Positions 48,111 through 60,000 of a DNA stretch of 60,000 nt are shown here, in pieces. A program made the position numbers and the translations under genes. The stretch comes from Lama glama (Eukaryota): NCBI GenBank assembly GCA_028534125.1, contig CM052817.1, forward strand, positions 1,986,001-2,046,000, in the 5' to 3' direction. The notes under the pieces are model-generated. The model saw nothing but the letters and a program-made list of their open reading frames with translations. It was not told where the DNA came from and did not search any database. Position 1 is the stretch's first letter; each line of letters starts with the position of its first letter.

Positions 48111-48146
48111 CCACACCTGCCACACCTGCCACACCTGCCACACCTG
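48111..48146. repeat. (CCACACCTG)x4 perfect tandem repeat
   Basis: Four exact 9-bp copies read directly. Confidence 0.95.
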
Positions 48147-48459
48147 TGCCAGAGAGTGGTGGGCTAGAGGCTCCGGCTCCTAGGACAGAGCTTGCCCTGG
48201 AGTAGACCTTCAACCGATACCTGTTGAAAAATAAGAATGAGAGGGTGAGCCTGCTTACTTCTCCCTCATCTTAACGTCCCCATCCAGTCTTAGGAAGAGG
48301 ACAGAGAATGGGTGGCTTTGCTGGTGCAGTGGAGCCCTGATCATCTGCTTATTCCACAGAAGAGTCAGGCCTGACAGATCCCCAGGGGAAGCTGAGGGGG
48401 AGAGGGCAGTCCTGCCAAATGGGCACCTCAGCCTTTTTTAATTTTAATTTTAATCTTTG

Positions 48460-48870
48460 CAACATGTAAAGTTTTTTTCAGTCTGAAACTGTATCAACCT
48501 TTCAAAAATTGCAGCTGGAGTACAAAGAACTTTTCCTATACCATTTGAGATTGAGTTGCTGATATGATACCCTTACCATCCCTGAACAGTTTGGAGTGTA
48601 TTTCCTACAAATGCATATGCTTCCCAGCAGCCGCAATGCAGCCAGCAAAACGAGGGAATTAACACCCACACAGCATTACTGTCTTGTCCACACTCTATTC
48701 GTCTTCACAGTAAACGGATCCAGCTCAGGGTTACATTTTGCTTTTACTTGTCATGGTTCTTTGGTCTCCTTCAGTAGAACAGCTCTTCCTTCTTCCCTTG
48801 CTTTTCACACTTATGCCACTTTTGAAGATTGAAGACCAGTTAATCTGGAGATGGTACTTCAATTTGGGTC
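48460..48870 (-). mobile_element. Old L1 (L1MC-like) 3' UTR remnant
   Basis: ccatttgagattgagttgctgatatgatacc...gtgtatttcctacaaa...gggaattaacac pattern. Confidence 0.55.
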
Positions 48871-49147
48871 GCCGCAGCCTTTAGCCCCGCCCACTGGAGG
48901 CAGACCAATGGCAAGGGCTTTGGGAGCCTCCCCCTTCAGCACCCCTCCTGCAGGAGGAGCAGGTGAGCTGGGGCTGAGGACCTGCACGGAGCAGGAACCA
49001 GCCTGAGGACTAGGTTGTCTGGAGCCCAGTCTGGGACAAATGACCTTTTAAATTTGAAATTCATGTGAAAGACACAAATACTACATTTGTTTAGTTTTAC
49101 ATCTAACGTACTATCTTCAGTATTAAAATGATGTAAAGTCAGGGATG

Positions 49148-49290
49148 GGGAGGGTAGGGGTATAGCTCAGTGGTAGAGCATGCGCTTGGTGTGTGTGAGA
49201 TCCTGGGATCAGTCCCCAGTGCCTCTGTTAAGAGGACGAAGAAAATTTTTAATAAAAAATAAATTTTAAAAAGAAAAAGAAAAAACAAGG
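49148..49290 (+). mobile_element. tRNA-derived SINE, same family, more diverged
   Basis: ggtatagctcagtggtagagcatgcgcttgg...gatcctgggatcagtccccagtgcctc followed by an A-rich tail. Confidence 0.85.
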
Positions 49291-52200
49291 GAAAAATTTT
49301 GCGAAGTTGTAACTGTCCCAGAATCCCAGCCTTGTGAATGCCATAGCTAAAAAGTTGCAGTTGACCCCTGACATGTAAAGTAAGTCTTCCTTTGTCTCAG
49401 GGGCACCTCTTTTTCACTGACAGGAGCGGCCTTTCAGGGCCATCCCCGAGGAAGGAGGTGCCCGCCCTGTGCGTCCTTGATGACCTCGTGCCCTCGATCC
49501 TTTCCTTCCCTGCTGGCCGGCCCGCCAGCGCCTGTCCTGCGGGGGGTCTCCACCGCACGGCCTCAGGGCGGGCGTGGGGCTCCGAGCTGTAGCTTTCCTG
49601 CGTGGGCCGTGGGCGTGGTTATAGCACCGGTGTCGAGTCTTCCTAGTGGAGTGCCGCGTTTGTGGTGCTCGGGTCCTCCTTGAGCGGTGACCTCCTGGCA
49701 GGGACGGGCCACAGCTAGCCAGGCCACCGCTGGAGGGGCTGCACCTCATGTGCGGCCCCGGTACCAGAAGCAAAGAATGTCTTCATAAAGGGCGTGCATT
49801 CTAGTCACTGCTGTGAGATACGCCAGTTTCACAAAGGGATGGTGAGAGAATAATGTAAATGTTTTCATTCAAATCAGGATAATAAATGAAGTTGATTAGG
49901 ACTGTCTTTGAAAAGTGTCCTGTGTCCCTGTTTCGTGAGCCCTGGAGGCTCCCTGTGGCCAGTTAGCTGGCCAGCCACTTGTGGTCAGTTGCTAGCACTG
50001 CGCTAAAGTCCTGAACACTCCGTGTGACAAGTGACAGCACCCCCTCCGCTTGTCGCCTCACACCTCCCACACTGGCCCTTTTCGGTTGCTGTGCCGCCCG
50101 CTCACGCGGCCCCGTGGGTTCTTCCAGCACCCCCCATCTGCTTGGCATTTCCGTCTCCAGAAGGACTTGTGTCATTTCAGACACAGCAGTCTGTTGTGCT
50201 GTGCTCTGCCAGAGCAGTTTATAAACGGGCCTTTCTCAGCGTTCAGATTTCTTCTGGCCCAGGGACGTGTGCGGAGGGCTGCTGTCCGCCGAGGGCTGTT
50301 CCGTGGGTGTGAGGAGTTTGCCTCTCCCAGGGCTGTGAAGTCTGAACTCAGGTATGGTGACGTGGGGTCACCCCGTGGAGCATGTGGACACAGTCTCAGC
50401 ACCGTCACCGACTAAGCCCGGGCAGGTCACTGAAGGTCTTCACACTTCGGCAATTTCCTTTGTAAAATGGGCTGATGGAATTAGATCAATAGTTCGTAGA
50501 CTCTGTGCTGAGAAGGTGCTGTTTGGCTCCAAAAACAGTTCGTTCTAATTATCAGAGGTCTCTGTGTTTAGTGGCAGATGTTTCCTTAAGGAGGAGCTGG
50601 GCCAGCCTGCCCGAGGCTCTGCCAGGTCAAGCAGAATGCGGCCCAAGGTCTGTCCCCACCTGTCTTGTCTGTGCCCTCCTTCTTCCCAGCCAGCCCGGCT
50701 CACTCACAGGGATTCCATATGCGATTTCTTTGAGGAAAAAGGTCGTGCTGCTTTGAATTTGTAGACCGTGCCAGGCCTGCGGCTGGGGAATGAAGTGAGT
50801 GCTCTCAGGGCGGCTGCTGTGCGGCGGGGCAGTGACCAGCGGGCTGGGAGCCGCACAGGATGAGGATGGAGCCGGGGTGGGAAGAGAAGGCGGCGGCGGG
50901 GGGTGAGGGTGAGGGGTGGGTGTGGGTGGGCCGTGGGCTACGCAGCCTTCCCTGTGCCACCAGCTTCCAAGGCAGAACTCGGGCAAGTCCCAGAATTCTA
51001 AATTCAAACCTGGCCTCCGAGTCTGTTTGAAGGGAGAAGAAAGTATACCTTATTTATCTCTGTGTTAGTTTCTTTGAAGTTTTTTCAGTATTTAGATACA
51101 TGGTATAAGGGTCTTCACTTGTACTCTTGCCCCAACCCTGCAATTGTTAATTTCTCCCCAAAGGAGAAAAACCAAGGCGTGAGGCTTTTCAGGCCCGTGC
51201 AGCCTATCACGTCATGTCACCCAGGGCCAGAATGACATCATGGGGCCTGAGTCTCCACCTGGGTTTCCCCTAGAACTGAATTATGCCACTGTGGTGACCT
51301 TATGGCAGGTGTTCTCAAGGCTTGGTCAGTTTGAAGGGTGGATCAGTTCACTTGGGGACCAGTTCACCCGTCACTTTCCCCAGTTTTGGTAGCTGTGCTG
51401 TGGTTACAAAGAAATACACACTGGACTCTTCAGGGACAAAGAGGAGTGCTCTCTCCAACTTAATGAAACAGTCGGGAAGAGCAAGTGTGTGTGTGTGTTC
51501 AGAGAAGGAGATGGGGGAGGGGAGGGGAGAGAGGAGGCCATTGAATCGGGCGAGAGAGGCGCTCAGGGAATCCGGGTGGAGGGCATATGGGGGCTCCTTT
51601 TACTACCGTGTCACTTTCTACAAGTTTGAAATTAAATCAGAATAAAAGCTGCCCCCAAAGGACAGCACGGGTGGCATTCTCCCACAGCGCCTGGTGGGCG
51701 TCCTGACCGCCCCGTGTATCAGCTGCGCTACCAGCCCCGCCCTGCGGGCTCCACCCCGTTCACCTCTGCACTTGTGCCATCTGCACCACGACCCCGGGGC
51801 CCCGGGCGGGGCCTGCCCCACGGCACAGCCTGGCATGCTGCTCCGCCTCCTGGCACTGCTGCCTTGAAACCCAAGGTCCAGAAGGACCCTTGACAGGAAG
51901 GTGGGACCCACTGGGACTGAGCTGCGTCTTTAACCCCTTTTCTCGAACTATTTTCTTGGAAAACACTGCGATCGGTTAAACGTCTTTTTAACAGAGCTGG
52001 CGCCAGGTAACAGCTGTTTCTGCAGCAGTGTCCATGCGAGAGCCTGGAGCAGGGCCAGCCTCGAGCCGGATCAGCCCCCGCCAGTTTTTGGAAATACAGC
52101 TTCCGTGCGAGAGTCATGGGCGTGCTCTCCTTTCACCTCGGAATGCCCCTTATGGTTTCAGAGTGGCTCAGCTTTGGGTAGTTGCTCATTACCTGATGAA

Positions 52201-55039
52201 TACTTCCTGGTACCACGCAGGTTTGGTGATCACCTTCTCATTAAGAGTCAAGTTTTAGGTGTATGGGATTAAAAAAGTTTTTACTAGGGGAATAAGGGTT
52301 TTATTATTGAAAGTATTTATTTCATCCTTTTCTGCTGCTAGTTTCACAGAAAACAAATTCCCAGAGACCCCCAGGCTCATCTTCAGCACCTGCACGTCCG
52401 AGTGCCGTTTCTGGAGCTGCGTTCCACCTGCTAAATAATTCACGGTCGCCAGCAGCGGCTGCAGGTCTGCTGTGAATTATGAATGTGTCTTCTGCAGTGC
52501 TTTGTGTCGAGTATACAAGCGCTTCCCTCTCCGTGCGCCTGAAGGGAGAGCCTCACCCTTGTCAGCCTGTGGCCTGGGATCCCTGGAGAGGGTGCACGAA
52601 CTTGCCTCCTTGGGGAGCGTAAGCTAAGGAACAATGTCTCTGTGCGTGGCCCGAGCCTTTGCCCGGGGCCCCGGGAGCTGTGCCGGCTGACCCTGGTATG
52701 GATTCAGAGGGGTGGTTTACGGTGAATGGTTGGAAGTGTTTGGTTAAATGGCATCACAGTGGCTCTTATCAGCTCTACCCAGGTAAAGTCCCTCCGGTCT
52801 GTGCCTTGTCGCGGTTGGCGGGGGCAGGCAGACGATGCGGCCCTCAGGTGCGTGTGCTGAGGGGGGCACGTCAGCGGGAGGCCGTGGCCCTTCGTATAAC
52901 CCGACCTTGAGTTGCGATTTCAGTGTTTAGAGTGCTTGCGATCGTGGTTTGGATGAGACGTTCTGATGAGGTGCTAATGGGCTGAAGCCTCGAGTTGCAG
53001 AGTTGTCTGTAACACTTCAGCACCGAGGCCTTATTAATCTTATTTGCAGCATGTAATCTACAGGCTTGTCCAGCCAGTATAAAGCTGGTGGCTTTTCTCG
53101 TTTTCAGCAAATCTGAACCAGACTGCAAAACCTTTCTCACCAGGAAGGCATTCCTTTGACTCAAACTGGCGAATTGAAAGAAATGAAAAACAAACAAACC
53201 CAAGAGTGACAGCAGAAGCCAGGGGCGCCCCCTAGAGCGGAGCTGTGGGGGGTGGGGTGGGGGGACAGGGCGTCTCCTGTGAGTGTCTTCTCCTTTGGCT
53301 GGAGGCCGAGCGCACGGTTCCACCCAAACTCCTGGCACCCAGGAGAGAATCAGGTGGTGAGTTGCGCGCAGTGCGGCTCGTCCCGTCACCTGTTCTGGCC
53401 TTGGACTGGGGTAGGAATTCTGCGTTTGGAGGAGTTTCATCTCAGTGTTCAAGGTCAGTCCTTCCAGAAATGTGCACTATTTTCCATGAGTCGAGAGCAG
53501 TTCCAGGGTGAGTTTAAAGGTGGTGTGAATTATGATACTAAGAATTTGACAGTGGATATCAAGGCCCAGGTGACTTCCCATGCGTGTCGTGGACACGCGG
53601 AAGAGCTAGGATTTTGTCGCTCTCCCAGGGGCTCTGCACCCGCCACATGGCTCCACACGGTCGTCTGCAAGAATCCGCCACCTCCGATTATCAGGAGGTC
53701 TCCCGATGACAAGAGCTCTGTGCTGACCTGCTTTTTGCAGCAGTAAAACTGTCTCTGACTTTCTCACTGGGGAGAGTGTGCGGGTTCCCAGAGATCTGGC
53801 TGTCGTGAAGTGAGATGGCTGAGGCCTCAGACTCAGACAGTGTGGCCTGGCCCCTATGCGCAACCTCGGTGCCCCTAAGACCCCAAGACAGGAACTGCCC
53901 TGCACCCACCGGGGCGTCAGTAATGGCAGACCTCAGAATGTGCTGTGGCCCCTGACCCGCACAGCACACACCCAGGGGCCGGGGGTTGGGGGGGGTCCCC
54001 TTTTTTTATATATATATTTTATAGCTTCCTTCTTGAGTAGACTTTTAAAGTGTCAGTTGTTGATTTGTGAGTCTTAAAAACTAATTTACATTTGTCAGCT
54101 CTTACAAGCATGAGTTAGTAGACAGGCTGTCTTTCCTTAAAATGTCAATCAGCGCTCATTCTTCCATTCACGGGTTGTTCCGCAAATGCACAGCCATCCT
54201 CCCCCAGCGCTGGGGGCGTGATGGCCGTGCCAGGAGGTTGTGAGCTCTGGGCAGGCACGGTGGGCTGGGTGGGAAGCCTGCCGCCTCCACCAGCCGCTCC
54301 CCAGCCGCTCCCGTGTCCTTCCTGCACTAGCTGCAAGGGAGGCAGACAATCTACATCATGGTGCTTGCTGCACATTGGAGTCCAGATACCTTTTGTTTGA
54401 GAAATCAAAGCTCCAACATCCTTGATGGGGTTCAGCTACTGTGTCTTATGCAGTTGGAGCCAGTCTTCCTCTTTGCACCTCCCCACTGCCCCTGCAGCCC
54501 TCACAGTCCAGGCCACCAGCACCTGCAGCTGGACCTCCGCCTGGCAGAGCTCAGGACCTCCCTCCACATGCAGCCAGAGGGGCCCGAGAAGGACAAAGGT
54601 GCCTTCTTGACATTCCCTTGTTAATCGCTGTCCTCCAGGGTAAAATCTCCACTGCTTGGCACCCACCACCTGGCCCTGCTGGCCCTGCTCCTCAGCACTC
54701 TGGCCCTACAGCCCAGCCACACAGGTGTGAGCTGGCTTTCTTCTGCCACAGGGCCTTTGCACGTACTCAACCTGTCCTGGAACACTTTTCCCACTTTTCT
54801 GAGGTCGGTTAACTTCTGTTCTTCCCTCAGCTCTCAGACCATCATTCCCTCAAGGGAAAAAAGCTGAAGGAAAAATGTTCTGTGCTCACACTTTACAGGA
54901 TGTCTTTAAAATAGACTATTTTGTGAAGATCACCCCATTTGTCGGCATGAAGTGGAGCAGGAGAGCTCACACCTCTGCTCAGACCCCCCCCCCCGCTCCT
55001 GACGCTGGTGCTTAGTGTACATTCAGTTTAGCTTGGGGT

Positions 55040-55800
55040 GGGTCTCTCCAGGGTGGCACCATCTCGAGCCCCACTTGGCGACTGTCCACACTCTTCTCCC
55101 ACTGCCTTTGGTTTTATGGCCTTTTTCTTACTGCTCTGGAGCTGCTCTTAACTAGAAGGAAAGTCAGTCCTTCATCTGTGTGACGTTACATGGATTTTCT
55201 GTTTCTTGTCTTTTGGTTTAACTTACAGTGTTTTTTGATATACAGAGATTTTATTTTGTTTGTTGAGGTGTAGTTGACATACATTATATTAGTTTGAGGC
55301 ATGCCAACCTAACGATTCAAAACGTGTATATATTGCAAATGGCCACCACAGTAAGACCAGTTAACATCCCTCACTGCAGTCAGTTTTTTTCTTGTGGTGG
55401 GAGCTTTTAAAGTCCACTCTGTCAGCAGCTTTCAAACGTGCACCACAGCGTCATTAACGTGGTCACCGCGCTGTGCCACCTGAGGACGTCCCCGGACTCA
55501 CTGCGCTCGTAATGGAGGCCCAAACCCGGCCCCTCTGCCCCCGGACTCCCACCCTCCCGCTGCGCCCATGCTCGCAGTCCTGCCTCGCGGCTCCGGGTGT
55601 GTGCCTGCTGCTCGCCCCACTCAGGCACGGCAGAAAGCGAGCCCGTGTTTTCCTGTTGCGTTCTGCTAATTTCATGTTTCACATTTACATCTTTGGTCCA
55701 TGTGGGATTTAATTCCGTGTGTATTGGGAGGGACCTGACTTGGCTGTTTTTCAGATGGTTGTCCAGTTTTCCCAGTAGCGTGTCTGTTTCTGCATCGGTG
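55040..55800 (-). mobile_element. Old L1 remnant with an inserted L1MA-like 3' end (about 55250-55480)
   Basis: ttgaggtgtagttgacatacattatattagttt...accagttaacatcc...ttttaaagtccactctgtcagcagctttcaa. Confidence 0.6.
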
Positions 55801-57706
55801 CCGCTGCCCCACTGTGTTCAGGACTCGGGTCGGTGACATGCTGTGACGGGCAGGGCTGGCCCGGCCTCGTTGCTCTGTTGTGTGTAGTTTCCCGGCATTT
55901 CATGTGTGGCTTTCCACGTGAGCTCAGTTTAGACTCAGCTTGTCCAGTTCGAGTGAAGCGTCTGTTGGGAAGTGTATCGGACCATGTGTGACTTCAGGGA
56001 GGATGAATGTCTGTGGTGTGGAGCCCCTGGTGCCCCAGGGGCCGGACACAAACCAGACGAGAGGGAGGCCCCTTCCCGGACCAGAGCCCCAGGGGGAGAG
56101 GGAAGGAGAGTGTGTGGGGGGGGCTTTCCTCGTGGGAAGTTTTGTGTGGAGTCTAAGCAAGGCGTTTCCAGATGGTTCTGTGTACGTGGTGGCTGGGTGG
56201 CTGGGCCCATAGCCTCACCTGGACCCTCGTCCTCGACTCACTGAGCGGGGGCCGTGGTTCAGGTTTAGCGACCGCGTGTGTCGCGCGGTGGACTCGGGGC
56301 TGGTGCCTCCCTTCTGACCCGGAGGCGGGTTCCGTCACGAGTGTTTCTCTCACAGATCACATACGGCAGGCGGGGTCTAGTGAGCCTCAAAGCAAAGTTC
56401 ATACTGTCCTTCTCTGATCTTACGCAGCTTCTTTTTAATCTTGTTCTAACTTTTTTCACAGCAGTTGGGGTGACGTGGTCACTCTCTGACCTTCTCTTTC
56501 TTTTCTCATCCACGCGCTTTCTGAGCTTTGAGTGATTCCTGCAGCAGTGGCTTCTGCTGAGACACTTGCTCGGGTTCCCAGCTGAGCTGTCTGGTCCCCT
56601 GAAGGCCCATCTCCTGGGGGCCGTGGCTGCAGGCCAGCCTCTGCCCGCCATCCTGCACTGTAGACGGGCTTGATCGCCACTTTGCGTTGCCTCTGTCCCC
56701 ACGGGGCTTTGTGCTGGGTCACTGACCTGTCCTGGTCTCCCCACCCCGGTCCCCTGTCACTAATAGGACGCATTGTAAGCGGCTGGCCAAGAGCCGGAGC
56801 CGGTTAACTAGTCCACCCGACTCCTCCCCGCGAGCCCGGGTGAGAGAGCAGAACGGGGCTTGTGAGCCTGGTACTTCCACCGGGCAGCCACGCTCAGCCA
56901 GCAGAGCCTGTGCCCCGCCCCAGTGCAGGTTTGGCCGTCCCTGTCCCGTGTCCCCTGGGCTCTCACAGAAGGGGCCTGTCCTCGGCAGAATGTCCGGCCA
57001 CTGGTTCCGGCCCTAGGCTTCCATGGCCAGGCCTGCCCACCCTGCTGTGAGGGGGCCTGCTCATGGGAGGGCGACAGGGGTCCCGAGTACCCCCGTCTCT
57101 GTGTGAAGGGAGACGGATCTTTCCAGAGCTTGTTTACAAGACAGTGGAACCGAAGGCTCCTTAGTGCTGTTTGCGGCCGGCTTGGGAGCACACCCCGGGA
57201 GCGTGTGTTTTCCACGAGGGGCGGCCGCCCTCTAGTCGTCACGCTGGCTCGCGGTTGCACTCACGCTGGCCCGGGCGTGAGACTGGTCGCGTGCAGGGAA
57301 GTACAGGGATGTGAGTGCGAGATTCCCATCCTGACGAGGCAGCTTCCCCAGGCCCTGGGAACCCCACCGGTGCCCCTGTCCCTCTGCTTGCCCTGTGGGT
57401 CACCTGGCCCTGACTCCCAGCGGCCCCTGACCTCAGGTGGGCTCACCTGGTGCTCCCGGTTGTGCCCGCGGCCCAGCCAGCCGCGATCTGTGCCAAGCAT
57501 CCTTGTCGGGGGCCGTCAGCATCCAGGTCCGGTCTTGTTCCATGCTCTGCCCTGTACCTGGGACGACGGGGCCACGGTGTGGGCGTGCACTGTTCTTGGG
57601 CCGATCGCAAGTTCTAGAGAAGACAGCTTGGTGAGGCCCGGCCAGCCCCGCGGGCGGGTGTGGAGGACACACCCGCAGGTGAGTGAGGTCTGTGCTGGCC
57701 CCACAG

Positions 57707-57876
57707 AGCTGAGCGGCGCCGACCTGAAGGACTGTGTGAGCAACCACAGCCTGAGCAGCAATGCCAGCCTCCCCAGTGTGCAGAGCTGCCGGCGCCTGCG
57801 CGAGCGGAGGGTTGCCAGCTGGGCCGTGTCCTTCGAGCGTCTTCTGCAGGACCCGCTGGGCGTGCGATACTTCTCC
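57707..57876 (+). CDS. RGS12: RGS12 exon, start of RGS domain (ELSGADLKDCVSNHSLSSNASLPSVQSCRRLRERRVASWAVSFERLLQDPLGVRYFS)
   Basis: ccacag acceptor, GTGAGT donor at 57877, 170 nt phase 1 to 0. Peptide recognisable as RGS12. Confidence 0.96.
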
Positions 57877-58316
57877 GTGAGTACGATGGGTGATGGCCCC
57901 TTCCTCTGGCAGGACCCGGGCCCGCTCTGGTTCAGACCTCAGGTCAGGGCAAGGCCTGTGTCTCCTCCTGCCCTTGCGCCTGCCCTAGGCGCTTGAGGCC
58001 AAGGGGGCGGAGCTTCTTGTAAATGCTGGGAAGGGCTACCTGTCAGCAAGGGCAGCTGTTAGGAAGGGTTGCTCGGCTCCCGAGAAAGCGGCCGTGTGCG
58101 CCAAAGTGGTCCTCAGCGTGGGCAGCTTTTCAGTTCGTCTTTTGGGGGAATTCTGGAGACGCGCTTGTGACCTCTGGTTTCAGTGAAAGGCGGTAAAGAG
58201 AAAAAAGTGGGAATGAAGGAATCGGCAGAGGTTGAGAGGAGGGAGGGCCCTCAGCCATTACCGGTTCGCCCTTTTCTGAGGGCTGTGTGAAGGCTGATTG
58301 CCGGTGTTTTTCTTAG

Positions 58317-58409
58317 GATTTTCTAAGGAAAGAGTTCAGTGAAGAAAACATTTTATTCTGGCAGGCCTGCGAGTATTTTAGTCATGTTCCTGCACACGAC
58401 AAAAAAGAG
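58317..58409 (+). CDS. RGS12: RGS12 RGS-domain exon (DFLRKEFSEENILFWQACEYFSHVPAHDKKE)
   Basis: ttttcttag acceptor, GTATGT donor, 93 nt phase 0-0, contains the RGS EFSEEN motif. Too short to appear in the ORF track. Confidence 0.97.
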
Positions 58410-59111
58410 GTATGTTTCTTCAGGCCGGGGAGTGGGGGTGGCTGAGGGCAGGGTGATTTCATCACAGCTTCACACCTAGTGCAGTTTGAAAAGTCCATGT
58501 AAAAATATTTTCACACCATGAAAAAATTTCTTTTTCAGACTAAGTTTCTTAATATATATGGTATTTAATTTTGCCTAAACAGAGCTTGCAGAAATGCCTT
58601 CGGCCGTAGAGCTTTCATCAGCAGACGTGCTGCTGCTCAGTGTGCTGAGGGGGTGCAGGAGCAGATTCTGGGTGGAAGAGCACCCTGAGAATACCCGTCC
58701 GCCCTGCTCGCCCTCGCGGCCCTGGGTGACGGCGAGCCCCGGCTGGAGGCCGTGCGGCCTGCGGTCCCCTCAGAGGAGGCATCTTGTCTCCTCGCCACAC
58801 TCAGTGCCGCCCCAACCTCGCCCCCCCACCCTGCCACACCACCCCTGCCGTCCCCCGCTGCAGCACGGCCAGGCCTTTGGGACATTCAGATTGCCCTTTG
58901 AGAAAATTGGGAGGGGAGCTGATTTACTGAAGAGTTTCATATTGGCTGGAACTTTTATCTGTAACTCCAGCAGGAAGTATCTATTGGGCCCCAAGAGAAT
59001 GTACCTCCAGTGCCTGGAGCTGTGCTGGGCATTTGGAGTACAGCCGTGAAACAGGCAGAACACACGTGCTGTTTGTGGTCTGCGCGTCCGCTCACACACG
59101 TGTCCCGGCAG

Positions 59112-59255
59112 CTCTCCTACAGGGCCCGCGAGATCTTCAATAAGTTCCTGAGCAGCAAAGCGACCACTCCAGTCAACATCGACAGCCAGGCCCAGCTGGC
59201 GGACGACATCCTCCGTGCCCCCCACCCCGACATGTTCAAGGAGCAGCAGCTTCAG
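59112..59255 (+). CDS. RGS12: RGS12 RGS-domain exon (LSYRAREIFNKFLSSKATTPVNIDSQAQLADDILRAPHPDMFKEQQLQ)
   Basis: cggcag acceptor, CAG|GTGACT donor, 144 nt phase 0-0, contains the VNID motif with the conserved GAP asparagine. Confidence 0.96.
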
Positions 59256-59954
59256 GTGACTCCCGGGGTGGGGAGGGGACTCGGGTCCCAGAGAGCAGCC
59301 CCCCGCGGGCGCCAGACTGACAGGAGAGTGGGCTTCTGTCCCAGAGCCAGGGTTCAGCCAGGCCGTGAAGCAGGAAGTCCCTGTCTGGTGACACTTCTCC
59401 ACATGCCTGTGTGTGAGGTTGCAGGTTCGTGGGCAGAGGCGTCTGTAGAGGAAGATAGAGGGTTGGATTTTTTTTTTTCAGCTTTAGGACATCTCTGTGA
59501 TAAAAAGCGTGCATGGACCCTAATGGTTTTTACCAGAGGTTACTTCTGTTGCCGAGTCATATGAGTACTGTTAATAATTAAGACAAAACAAAACAAAACA
59601 GTATTTTCAGGGCAGTTCTCACTTCCTTTAGATTTCCAGTTGCTTTCGGTTTCATTCTGATTTAACGAAGTTAAGATGCCCCAGTATGGCCGCTGGTTGT
59701 GCTGGGCCCACCCGTGATGTGGGCTTTGACAGGCTGTTGGAATTGGCTGATTGTAAGCATGATAAACCAGGGCTGGTGTGTTATGGGAAAGAAATCAGAC
59801 ATAAAGGACCCCAGAAAGTAACTCTGGGGAGAGAGCGGGCTTTCAGAATGGGCCCGGCTGGCGTGTACGGGCCCCGTGTAACTCTTCACCGCGGGCTGGG
59901 TGTCTGGCCCCATCTGGGACTGGACCCTGGACCGCAGCTGCGTTTTTCCCGCAG

Positions 59955-60000
59955 ATCTTCAACCTGATGAAGTTCGACAGCTACACGCGCTTCCTGAAGT
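59955..60000 (+). CDS. RGS12: RGS12 RGS-domain exon, partial (IFNLMKFDSYTRFLKS...)
   Basis: tttttcccgcag acceptor and the LMxxDSYxRFLKS RGS C-terminal motif. Runs off the window end. Confidence 0.95.
   Translation, partial: MFNLMKFDSYTRFLK

Noticed and set aside
20..56900. Hundreds of 60-280 aa ORFs in the ORF track
   Set aside because: Pro/Gly/Arg/Ala-rich overlapping frames on both strands, mostly GTG/TTG starts, no recognisable domains; expected noise in GC-rich intron.
56923..57996. 357-aa ORF, the longest in the window
   Set aside because: Only 57707-57876 is RGS12 exon. The upstream part starts at GTG, has no in-frame ATG and is stop-free intron, as expected by chance in GC-rich DNA.

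Overview
Mammalian genomic DNA, GC-rich and repeat-laden, with no prokaryotic features. The SINE and L1 3'-end sequences suggest a camelid/cetartiodactyl (inference from recalled consensus, not a search). The window lies inside the RGS12 gene (+ strand). It contains an internal alternative first coding exon (MDLEEGLPKETPVLNSQQ, 25208-25261), a 22-nt micro-exon (SATVSDG, 33646-33667) and four exons encoding the RGS (G-alpha GAP) domain (57707-60000, the last cut by the window edge). All have canonical GT-AG sites and phases that join into one open frame. The rest is intronic: L1 fragments of several ages, MaLR/ERV LTRs, tRNA-derived SINEs, L2/MIR remnants, a full-length U6 snRNA retrocopy with target-site duplications, a 49-bp minisatellite, CpG islands and an exactly 500-N scaffolding gap (11080-11579). 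I found no convincing novel protein-coding system. The best leads are the internal RGS12 promoter/uORF unit, an adjacent inverted SINE pair, and an unexplained CpG-island-headed block (4.6-7.3 kb) with antisense splice signals.
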